Positions 41,675 to 49,899 of a stretch of 64,000 bases of DNA are shown here, in pieces. Positions within the stretch are counted from its first letter, which is position 1. Each line of letters opens with the position of its first letter. This stretch comes from an uncultured virus (IMG/VR IMGVR_UViG_3300030049_000016) (Duplodnaviria > Heunggongvirae > Uroviricota > Caudoviricetes): the IMG/VR virus record IMGVR_UViG_3300030049_000016, one strand, 5' to 3'. The notes beneath the pieces are model-generated. The model saw only the letters and a program-made list of their open reading frames with translations, had not been told where the DNA came from and did not search any database. A program made the translations under genes and the position numbers.

Positions 41675-43201
41675 ATGTCGGTATATCAGTATTATCACAC
41701 ATATGTTGTTGAAGACGGACAAATAACAGATACAAACGACGAAACACCATTACTTTCTTCTTTCTTACAGAAAAGAGTTTACATCATAGTTTCTAAGTAT
41801 AATGTCAATACGTTAATCATGTTAAACATAAAGGATTATATATCAAAAGAATCTAATATTAATCTAAATCTATCTATAGCTGAATTCTGCGATAATCTTA
41901 ATGATCTATTGGTTTTAAAATATACATCAAATGATATCCCATTAAAGAATATTACAACTGGAGCATTTGATAACAGACTTAATATATATGATGCTAATAG
42001 TTTAAAAGATGTAGACATTTCTTATACTTCTATTAGTGATCCTTCAAATAAAAATAACAAATATAGTTTCTTTCAATCTAATGATTTAGTATTGACATCT
42101 GATTCTAATAGAGATTTTACAAATTGTCTTATTACAGTTAATGGTGTATTTCATAGTACTGAATATTACAATAATAACTTCTTTGTTAAAAATGGTTTTT
42201 CTAATATTAAAAATACAAAACAAAAGAATGTCTGTTTAATAGACACAACTAATTTGGGTGGTCATTCTACAATTCCTATTACATTAGAAGATATAGAAAT
42301 TCCTTCTGGTTCTTCAATTCCTTCTAGCATAACTTTGAATTTTAAAAATGCTAATTTCTTAAATAAAACTATTATTCCCGTTATCTATGGATATCCACTT
42401 TTAAATAAAGACTTTTTTAAAGTCTTAGACAATACAAGAATTAAAATATATATTAATAGGATCGATTATATTTACCAATTCTTAAAATCACCCAATACTT
42501 TATTTTCAAAATACAATTCTTATTTAATCGATAGGCATAGAGAATTCTACATCGATACACCAGAACCAGATATTATTGATTCTATTGTGGATCTCATGAC
42601 AGTTGAATATACTAAATTTATGACTTATAATGAGCCTCATACTGGTATTGTTGATTTTGGTAAAAGAGAAGATACTCCAGAAATGGTAAATTCTCTAGAT
42701 GTATTCTTTTCTGATTTTTATCCTAAGATGGTTTCTGAAGATAGAGACGTTAATCTTATTGAATTTGAAAATTCACAATATTACAACCAATTAAAAAATC
42801 TATTTAATATTATTAAAAAATCACATTTACAATCTAAAGATTTTATCTTACAATTATTAACCATGTTTAATTCATTTATTATAACTATTAATAATCCAGA
42901 TATATTCATTAAAAATTATAAATGTTATTCATTAAATAATAAAGGATATATGTATACTTGTAAATCTAAAGATACACCTCGTGGATTATTGGTTTATAAT
43001 AAGTCATTTGTATTACCATATAACATCTGTACAGATGGTACTCTCAATCATCATATTTTAAATATAGATTTCTACGACCACACAAATCTGTTATATGATA
43101 AAAATCCATTTACAGATTATTTCCCTAATCCTTTCTATGATCAGAATAATGCCACAAATTACCCTGTAGAGATTGTAGAGTTCTATTCTAAAGCTATCTA
43201 A
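41675..43201 (+). CDS. Putative virion structural protein
   Basis: 508 aa; CLITVNGVFH motif typical of phiKZ-like structural proteins. Confidence 0.55.
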   Translation: MSVYQYYHTYVVEDGQITDTNDETPLLSSFLQKRVYIIVSKYNVNTLIMLNIKDYISKESNINLNLSIAEFCDNLNDLLVLKYTSNDIPLKNITTGAFDNRLNIYDANSLKDVDISYTSISDPSNKNNKYSFFQSNDLVLTSDSNRDFTNCLITVNGVFHSTEYYNNNFFVKNGFSNIKNTKQKNVCLIDTTNLGGHSTIPITLEDIEIPSGSSIPSSITLNFKNANFLNKTIIPVIYGYPLLNKDFFKVLDNTRIKIYINRIDYIYQFLKSPNTLFSKYNSYLIDRHREFYIDTPEPDIIDSIVDLMTVEYTKFMTYNEPHTGIVDFGKREDTPEMVNSLDVFFSDFYPKMVSEDRDVNLIEFENSQYYNQLKNLFNIIKKSHLQSKDFILQLLTMFNSFIITINNPDIFIKNYKCYSLNNKGYMYTCKSKDTPRGLLVYNKSFVLPYNICTDGTLNHHILNIDFYDHTNLLYDKNPFTDYFPNPFYDQNNATNYPVEIVEFYSKAI

Positions 43202-43291
43202 TTTAATTATATGCGCATAGTAGTACATACAACGTTTTAAAAGAAATCTGCGCACTTATATCTTGTGAAACTAAAATATGTATTTTGTTAA

Positions 43292-43323
43292 ATGATAGAG
43301 TGGGCGATAGCCCACTCTATCAT
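43292..43323. terminator. Hairpin
   Basis: atgatagagtgggc-gata-gcccactctatcat. Confidence 0.7.
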
Positions 43324-43329
43324 CATTTT

Positions 43330-43830
43330 CTTATATTGATTAACTTTATTGACTTGTTCTTATGACTTTAGTTTTTTCAAGTTCAAATGAAACACACAAG
43401 ATAGATCTGAGGATTAAACGAAGAGTTTTTAAGAAAAACTCTTCGACCGAAGATTAATTTATTTATATAAAAAATATTTTATTTATTCATAGTAGTCGTC
43501 GTTTATTTACTTTTATTTTCATTAAATCTTTTTATATAAAATTATTAAAATGTGAAAAAATAAAAGTTTTGACATTATATAGGTTGAAGCCGACGACGAC
43601 TACTATTCCTTAAGGATTTCTGGATACTAGGATATTTTCGGGAGAAAATAGACTAGGAGAAAGAAAGACTTATGGAAGAGAGGAGGAGGAGGCATCAACA
43701 CACTACAAGATGGTCAGAGAATGTAAAAAATTATAATCATTAAAAACCCTTTAAAGTAAGAGTATTTTATAAAACCATTAAAATTATATCATTCATCCTC
43801 GGAAGAGGGTGGATGGTTTATATTTTTTAT
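43330..43830. other. Structured non-coding region (candidate ncRNA or origin)
   Basis: No ORF of 60 aa or more; nested inverted repeats; GNRA-capped hairpin at 43790-43815. Confidence 0.4.
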
Positions 43831-43877
43831 TAAAGTCATGATCTTATAGATTTGTTTTTACCAAAAAAGGAATTGAT

Positions 43878-44600
43878 ATGAAGAAAACACCTTATCTTAA
43901 GTCTTATGAAAAAACAAAAGATTTAGATCAATTTTTAGAGTATGATGTTGATTTAAAAGAATGTAGATTTATTGGTGATAGCATGACTATCTTTATTCCT
44001 ATGAGATATGAAGCATATGGATTTTTAGAAGTTTCAGATACTTGTAAGTATTTAGGATTAGTTGATATAATCGTTAATGATAAGTATCAAACTGGATTTA
44101 ATATTCTAGCCGAAATAGAAAGTGAATTTACAGATCAATCTAAGATCATGGTGGGTAATACCCAGTATCTTGTTTTAGAATTATCTCACGGTGATAGATT
44201 CATGTGTAATACAAAGCTTGTTAAGAACAAAAATATAGCATTCGCAGTTTGGGTAGAATCTATTACAAGAGGTAAGTTAATTTACAATATGGATTATTTT
44301 GCATTAACTCATTTATTAGATTTGAGTGGTCCTAATTGTGCAGCCGATCTTAAGATCAATCACAGTATTATAGAAATCATTTACAGTCATCTGAGTAGAG
44401 ATATCAATGATATCAATGTTCAATATAGACATACTGATATGACAAACGATTTTCAGTTAATTCCATTAAGAAGTGTTGCCGATGCTACTACAAATACCGC
44501 CTCTAAGATTACTGGATCTTATTTAGGAGATGCTTTAAATAATGCTATCATTAATCCATCCCAGGAAAAATATCCATTAGAGACTATTTTACGAAGTTAA
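43878..44600 (+). CDS. Virion RNA polymerase beta-prime C-terminal fragment (gp176-like)
   Basis: 240 aa; IPLRSV..ATTNTASKITGSY..DAL..AI.NPS.....LETILR. Confidence 0.65.
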   Translation: MKKTPYLKSYEKTKDLDQFLEYDVDLKECRFIGDSMTIFIPMRYEAYGFLEVSDTCKYLGLVDIIVNDKYQTGFNILAEIESEFTDQSKIMVGNTQYLVLELSHGDRFMCNTKLVKNKNIAFAVWVESITRGKLIYNMDYFALTHLLDLSGPNCAADLKINHSIIEIIYSHLSRDINDINVQYRHTDMTNDFQLIPLRSVADATTNTASKITGSYLGDALNNAIINPSQEKYPLETILRS

Positions 44601-44603
44601 GCT

Positions 44604-44637
44604 AGATGTCAGGAACCCTTACGGGTTCCTGACATCT
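44604..44637. terminator. Hairpin
   Basis: agatgtcaggaaccc-ttac-gggttcctgacatct. Confidence 0.75.
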
Positions 44638-44734
44638 TAAATTACTATTTAGATTTTTGTTTTATTTTATAAGTTCTTCAATGAGGAAATATGTATGTCA
44701 AAATAATTCGATGACTACATGTTGAGTATTTTTG

Positions 44735-45283
44735 ATTATAAAGATTTTATTAAAGATAAAAGAAAAAGATATTAGAATACATGATATTATTCATGTTGTT
44801 AGAAACGGAGATGTTATTCCAGGTATTTCATACTCTTTAGAATTATTATCTCTTTTTGTTTTATCAAAATAAGAAATACCTTCAAAATGTCCATGTTGTC
44901 AATCAACTCTTATTAAAGTAAAAACTTCTCTTATCTGTAACAATGAAGATTGTGAAGATAAAATTCTATTTAAACTTTATCATTTTGTATCTAAAGCAGG
45001 ACTTAATATAAAAGGATTAGGATTAGAAAATATTAAATTAATTATGAAAAGATACAAAGTGAAAACTTATTATGAATTATTATCTTGCGAAACCTCTATC
45101 ATACAAAACTATTTAAAAGATCATAAAATCACAATAAATGCATTCATTTTAGGATTAGGGTTTACAAAGACTCAACTAAAAAATACTTTTAGTAATTATA
45201 AAACTTTTGAAGAATTATCAAAATGTAAACAATTAGAGCAGCATCATGATGTACTAACTTTTATAAAAGAGGTTCAAAAATGA
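44735..45283 (+). pseudogene. ligA: Remnant of NAD+-dependent DNA ligase (end of OB fold, Zn finger, HhH)
   Basis: EKDIRIHDIIHVVRNGDVIP, in-frame TAA at 44870-44872, then IPSKCPCCQS...CNNEDC...HFVSKAGLNIKGLG; adenylation domain absent. Confidence 0.8.
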
Positions 45284-45390
45284 AGTTTACAGCTATATGT
45301 GTTTTTGTGTATTTTGTTTTCTTATTTTTGTTATTATAAAGATAATATTTTTCATTTTAAATAAATTAAACACAAACAAGGAAAATCTAC

Positions 45391-45840
45391 ATGGAAAGCA
45401 CTAGAGTGTTCTGTGGTTTTCCCGGCGTTGGAAAATCTACACTAGTTAACAATAATCATTTAATATCTCAAAAAGTATTAGATTCTGATAGTAGCAAATT
45501 TGATAAACAATATTTTCCAGATAATTATATTTCTCATATCAAAGAAACAATCGAAAATAATAAATATATTTTAGCATCTACACATAAAACTGTTAGAGAT
45601 GCTTTAGCCATAAATAAAATACGGTATTTTATTTTTATGCCAGAGTATGGATTGAAAGATGAATATATTGAGCGATATATAAAGAGAGGTAGCCCAGAAT
45701 CATTTGTAAAGCTGATGGATGATAATTGGGATTCTTTTTGGGCTAGCTGTCAGTCAGATACCGAATGCATCAGTATAGTTTATATGAAACGTGGAGAAGT
45801 TTTATCTAAATATATGGAGTTGTTTGGTGTCATTACTTAA
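45391..45840 (+). CDS. Small P-loop NTPase / nucleotide-kinase-like protein
   Basis: Walker A GFPGVGKS, DSDSS. Confidence 0.7.
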   Translation: MESTRVFCGFPGVGKSTLVNNNHLISQKVLDSDSSKFDKQYFPDNYISHIKETIENNKYILASTHKTVRDALAINKIRYFIFMPEYGLKDEYIERYIKRGSPESFVKLMDDNWDSFWASCQSDTECISIVYMKRGEVLSKYMELFGVIT

Positions 45841-45876
45841 TTATGATCTAAACAGACAAAACAAAAAGGATAAAAG

Positions 45877-46077
45877 ATGAAAAAGAATATGCAAGGTATA
45901 ACTATATGGAGATTAAATAATTTAATTGAACATTCTAAAGAAAATTTCGTTAATGTTGATAAAGGATGGATTCCTTGCAGACCACTCGGTTGTTTTGGTT
46001 TTAGATATAAATTAAAAGCTATTTTAATGGTTCTTAGAGGCGAAGCTGATGTTGTTATATGGCCAAAGATATGTTAA
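45877..46077 (+). CDS. Hypothetical phage protein
   Basis: AAGGA SD; WIPCRPLG...GEAD...WP pattern. Confidence 0.6.
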   Translation: MKKNMQGITIWRLNNLIEHSKENFVNVDKGWIPCRPLGCFGFRYKLKAILMVLRGEADVVIWPKIC

Positions 46078-46092
46078 TGATCTTTATGGAGT

Positions 46093-46356
46093 ATGTCAAT
46101 GAGAGAAGATCTACTACGAAGTGATCCACAAGGTATTATAATAAAAACTATACAAGAATGTAGTGAAGTTATTTTAGCACTTACAAAACTACAAACATTT
46201 GGAAATGTTGCTACAGATCCAAAAACAAATATTACATATGACAATATAAAAGATGTATTAGACGAAGTTAAAGATATGGAACATGCAGTTTCTAAATTAA
46301 GAAAAATATTAGATTACAAAACGAACTGTAAACTTGAAACAGGAGAAACGACGTGA
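46093..46356 (+). CDS. MazG-like all-alpha NTP pyrophosphatase-like protein
   Basis: QECSEVI..LTK ... DEVKD acidic helices; next to thyA. Confidence 0.5.
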   Translation: MSMREDLLRSDPQGIIIKTIQECSEVILALTKLQTFGNVATDPKTNITYDNIKDVLDEVKDMEHAVSKLRKILDYKTNCKLETGETT

Positions 46357-47318
46357 GACAATATAAACAACTTTTACATCATATTAAAGTGAATGGTAGA
46401 CCTTTTATGGATCGTACTGGTACCGGATGCCTTGGTGTCTTTGGTAGTATGGTCCAATTTAATGTCGAAGATTCTATTCCTATTTTGACTGCGAAGTATG
46501 TTAATATAAAAAATATTATCCATGAACTATTATGGTTCTTATCTGGTGATACCAATATTAAATATCTTGTTGAAAATAATGTTCATATTTGGACAGACTG
46601 GCCGTTAAAGAAATATAATAATGATTCCGGCTGTGCTATTTTAAATAGAAAAGAGTTTGAAGATGCTATTATGACAGTTGCTGGATTTTCTGAAAAATGG
46701 GGTGATATTGGCCCTTGTTATGGAAAACAGTGGCGTAACTGGAAAGGTAAAATAAATAGTGCTACTCCTATTTTTACCAACAGATCAAAAGACAATTTAC
46801 ATGGTATAATTGATATTGAATATGAATATCACGATCAAATTAAAAATATTATTGATGCAATTAATAATAATCCTACTGATCGTGGTATTATTTTAAGTGG
46901 CTGGAATGTTGCCGATCTCAATGGAATGGCACTTCGTCCATGTCACACGATGTATCAGTTTAAAGCATATCCGGATACAAAACAGTTATCTATGATTCAA
47001 TATTGTCGTTCTCAAGATTTATTCTTAGGGACTCCTTACAATTGGGTTTCTGGTACTCTCTTATTAAAAATGATTGCTCAAGTTACTGGTTATACTCCAT
47101 ATGAATTTATTTGGGATGGTGGTGATGTACATCTTTATAATAACCATATGGAACAGGTTGAAAAATATTTAGATCTTCCTACATTTAAATTACCTAATAT
47201 TGCTATTGATCAATCTGTTATAAATATAGATTATTTTAAGTTTGAACATTTTGATATTGAAAAGTTTGAACAAAATTATAAACACGGTCCTTTTATTCCT
47301 GCCCCTGTTGCTGTTTGA
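46353..47318 (+). CDS. thyA: Thymidylate synthase
   Basis: DRTGTG, ELLWFLSG, YGKQWR, MALRPCH, RSQDLFLGTPYN, HLYNNH. Confidence 0.97.
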   Translation: MRQYKQLLHHIKVNGRPFMDRTGTGCLGVFGSMVQFNVEDSIPILTAKYVNIKNIIHELLWFLSGDTNIKYLVENNVHIWTDWPLKKYNNDSGCAILNRKEFEDAIMTVAGFSEKWGDIGPCYGKQWRNWKGKINSATPIFTNRSKDNLHGIIDIEYEYHDQIKNIIDAINNNPTDRGIILSGWNVADLNGMALRPCHTMYQFKAYPDTKQLSMIQYCRSQDLFLGTPYNWVSGTLLLKMIAQVTGYTPYEFIWDGGDVHLYNNHMEQVEKYLDLPTFKLPNIAIDQSVINIDYFKFEHFDIEKFEQNYKHGPFIPAPVAV

Positions 47319-47325
47319 TTCTATC

Positions 47326-47358
47326 AGTAGATGGAGTGCCATTGGCACTCCATCTACT
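47326..47358. terminator. Hairpin
   Basis: agtagatggagtgcc-att-ggcactccatctact. Confidence 0.75.
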
Positions 47359-47362
47359 ATTT

Positions 47363-47474
47363 AGATATATATTACACGTTTGTAACGATTTAATTTTGGC
47401 GCTTTGAAAAGTGTACTTCCTTTTTAAATAGATATATATTACTTAAATGAATAAGTTCACTTCTTGAGTGAGCT
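47363..47474 (+). promoter_or_regulatory. Tandem early promoters, the second with a leader hairpin
   Basis: AGATATATATTAC at 47363 and 47430. Confidence 0.7.
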
Positions 47475-47523
47475 TTGTTGACTTAAAGGTACGTTGTTAC
47501 CTATAATCTTGGGAGACTGTATC

Positions 47524-47709
47524 ATGGAAAAACTCATCGCGCGTGCTAAAGAAATCGGTGTGTGGCAAATCACTATCGATATTATCATAAACAACCATAT
47601 CTACAATGAAGATGAAAAGATCGCTGAGCTTACCAGAGTCATCGATATGTATGGTGTCCTCAGTAAGTCTGATGGTCAAATTGGCTCCGAGAATATGACT
47701 TGTCACTGA
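47524..47709 (+). CDS. Small early hypothetical protein
   Basis: GGGAG SD before ATG 47524. Confidence 0.6.
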   Translation: MEKLIARAKEIGVWQITIDIIINNHIYNEDEKIAELTRVIDMYGVLSKSDGQIGSENMTCH

Positions 47710-47734
47710 GTGTATATATAATTCAGATCTTACA

Positions 47735-47766
47735 AGATAGACAGGACCGTACGGTCCTGTCTATCT
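47735..47766. terminator. Palindromic hairpin
   Basis: agatagacaggaccgtacggtcctgtctatct. Confidence 0.75.
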
Positions 47767-47884
47767 GTATCTATCATATTTTTTATTTTTTCAAAAAGTG
47801 TAGTTGAAGATTATACAAATATATATTGTTATATTGAAGAAGAGATATAAAAATATCTCATAACCCTTTCTTATGGTGAATATC

Positions 47885-48202
47885 ATGACCATCATGACCG
47901 ACGCCCATGCCGCTAAGCAGTACAATGCTACCTTCATCAATTCGGTTATTGCCGCCAAGGCCAAGACCGACTCCTCCAAGCAGCTCGTCCGCTTCTTCTT
48001 TGACTATCTGGTTGCTGCTGTGAAAAGCAAGACCAACGATAAGTCGTACATCGAACTCCCGATCAGTATGCTGGTTGCTGATTTCAGCACGGTTTACAAT
48101 GCCGATATGAAATCTGTGTTTTCGACAGTGTTCGAATCCATCCGTTTGCTGAAGATCAAGAACATCCGCACCATGGACCAGAACATTCAAATCGTCTTTT
48201 AA
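47885..48202 (+). CDS. Early hypothetical protein
   Basis: GC-richer codons; promoter variant at about 47819; hairpin at 48200-48231. Confidence 0.65.
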   Translation: MTIMTDAHAAKQYNATFINSVIAAKAKTDSSKQLVRFFFDYLVAAVKSKTNDKSYIELPISMLVADFSTVYNADMKSVFSTVFESIRLLKIKNIRTMDQNIQIVF

Positions 48203-48302
48203 GAAGGAGGGAATCTATTCCCTCCTTCTTATTTTTTGTTTTTAACCTTAAAATACTATAGACTGTAGCTTTCTTTATTTTTTAGAAAGGATCGAAGGTA
48301 TT

Positions 48303-49124
48303 ATGGCTACATTAGAAGATGTCTCTCGTCTGGTATTTACAGTTGAAACTCTTTATACCCAGGATAATAAATCTTTAGGCGTTCTTCGTCCTGATGAAAA
48401 TGGTTATTATGATACGCCTTTGGCAGCTTTGGGGATTCCCTCTCGTAACAATACTTATTACTATGTTAAGAATTTCTTAGACTCTATGACAAATAAAGAT
48501 TCTCCTATAAACATCATGTTGACTGGTGGTAATTTGTATGGCGAATGGGGACATCCCATGCGTACGGATTATCCTGATGACGATACATTCTTACAGAGAC
48601 TTCGTATTATTGATGAAAAGAAATATTCTCATCATATTAAATCTGTTTATACTGGAGATACTTTAGAGAATGGTGGTAAGTTAGTTAGAGGATTAGTGAA
48701 ACCTTATGGTCCTTATGGCCATTGTGTTGAGCAGAACTTTGCTGAACGATTCATGAATACTTCATTTAGTTTAAGAGCTATCGTTGATCAACAGATTAAA
48801 AACAATTTGGCTATGAGAACTATTAAATCTCTTTATACATTCGATGCTGTTGGTGTTGGTGGTTATGCTGAAGCTTCTAAGCGTTTCAGTGGTGCCACAG
48901 AGTCACTTGAACGAATGGATATTAAGTTATCATTAGATACCATTACAACAACTGAGTTTGGTCTTGAGTGTTTTACACAATCAGAAATTAATGATTTAAT
49001 GAAATCTAAGAAGGTTATTGTTGGTAAGACTACTGTTAATCTTATTAAAGTTAATGACAGTTATAGATCAGAAGATAAAGCTAGGTCTATCTTTACTGAA
49101 GCTATGAAATTGACAAGACGTTAA
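48303..49124 (+). CDS. Prohead (head maturation) protease (gp175-like)
   Basis: LYGEWGHP, VKPYGPYG, FSLRA, TFDAV catalytic motifs. Confidence 0.88.
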   Translation: MATLEDVSRLVFTVETLYTQDNKSLGVLRPDENGYYDTPLAALGIPSRNNTYYYVKNFLDSMTNKDSPINIMLTGGNLYGEWGHPMRTDYPDDDTFLQRLRIIDEKKYSHHIKSVYTGDTLENGGKLVRGLVKPYGPYGHCVEQNFAERFMNTSFSLRAIVDQQIKNNLAMRTIKSLYTFDAVGVGGYAEASKRFSGATESLERMDIKLSLDTITTTEFGLECFTQSEINDLMKSKKVIVGKTTVNLIKVNDSYRSEDKARSIFTEAMKLTRR

Positions 49125-49129
49125 AGTTG

Positions 49130-49165
49130 ACATAGTGAGGATGGCGTCTGCCATCCTCACTATGT
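49130..49165. terminator. Hairpin
   Basis: acatagtgaggatggc-gtct-gccatcctcactatgt. Confidence 0.75.
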
Positions 49166-49235
49166 ATTTAAATCTCATTTTAAGTATATATTACATTATT
49201 GTACACGAACGATTTTGTTCATACGGAGAAACACC

Positions 49236-49763
49236 ATGGCTGTTCTTAAACTGAGTGAAGTCTTGACTACAGATCAGATTCGTCAGAAATATCGTTATAT
49301 TGCTATTTTGTTTTCACAAGATCCTAAGAAATACATTTTCAAAAAACAAGCACTTTGTGATGATTTGAGATATAGTAATCTTAAAGAATTAGCCGATGAA
49401 GAAGAAATTCTCCATAATAGGTTTATGATGGACATTTCAGTTGGTCGTAATTACTTGGAATATGAAACTATTCAAAAATTATCGACTGAAACATTTCCTA
49501 TCATACATGAAAAGATTGAACGTCTTGCTAGTCAGGATGATATTGATATGGTTGTTATTAACACAACCACCGTTGAAAACAGTGAAGAACTTTTTGAGAA
49601 AAACGCCCATATCGTTATTTCATCTGAAGAAGAACATGTTGCAGCATTGGCGCGCATTGATATTCTTATGAATGCTGAGGAGGGAACTCTTGAAGCTGAT
49701 GAGTTAGCGACGCTTGCTTCAGCAGTCCAACTATATGAAAAATATAAGTTTCCATTAGGTTAA
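49236..49763 (+). CDS. Early protein with C-terminal HigA-antitoxin N-domain-like module
   Basis: Promoter TATATATTAC at 49185; C-terminal ISSEEEHVAALARIDILMNAEEGTLEADELATLASAVQLYEKYKFPL. Confidence 0.65.
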   Translation: MAVLKLSEVLTTDQIRQKYRYIAILFSQDPKKYIFKKQALCDDLRYSNLKELADEEEILHNRFMMDISVGRNYLEYETIQKLSTETFPIIHEKIERLASQDDIDMVVINTTTVENSEELFEKNAHIVISSEEEHVAALARIDILMNAEEGTLEADELATLASAVQLYEKYKFPLG

Positions 49764-49899
49764 TAACTGATTTGAAATATATGTAGGGGGTGACATCATC
49801 ACCCCCTTAAGATCTATTTATAATTATTGTTTTATTTTTTTAATAAAATAGTATTTTTTAATATTTTATAAGAAACCTATTTTTATTAGGAGTATTTAT

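Noticed and set aside
44870..44872. In-frame stop as evidence of stop-codon reassignment
   Set aside because: TAA, TAG and TGA all terminate intact genes here, and the ligase remnant has other lesions
45280..45339. 19-aa hydrophobic ORF with SD (MKFTAICVFVYFVFLFLLL)
   Set aside because: Too short and T-rich to distinguish from chance next to a decayed gene
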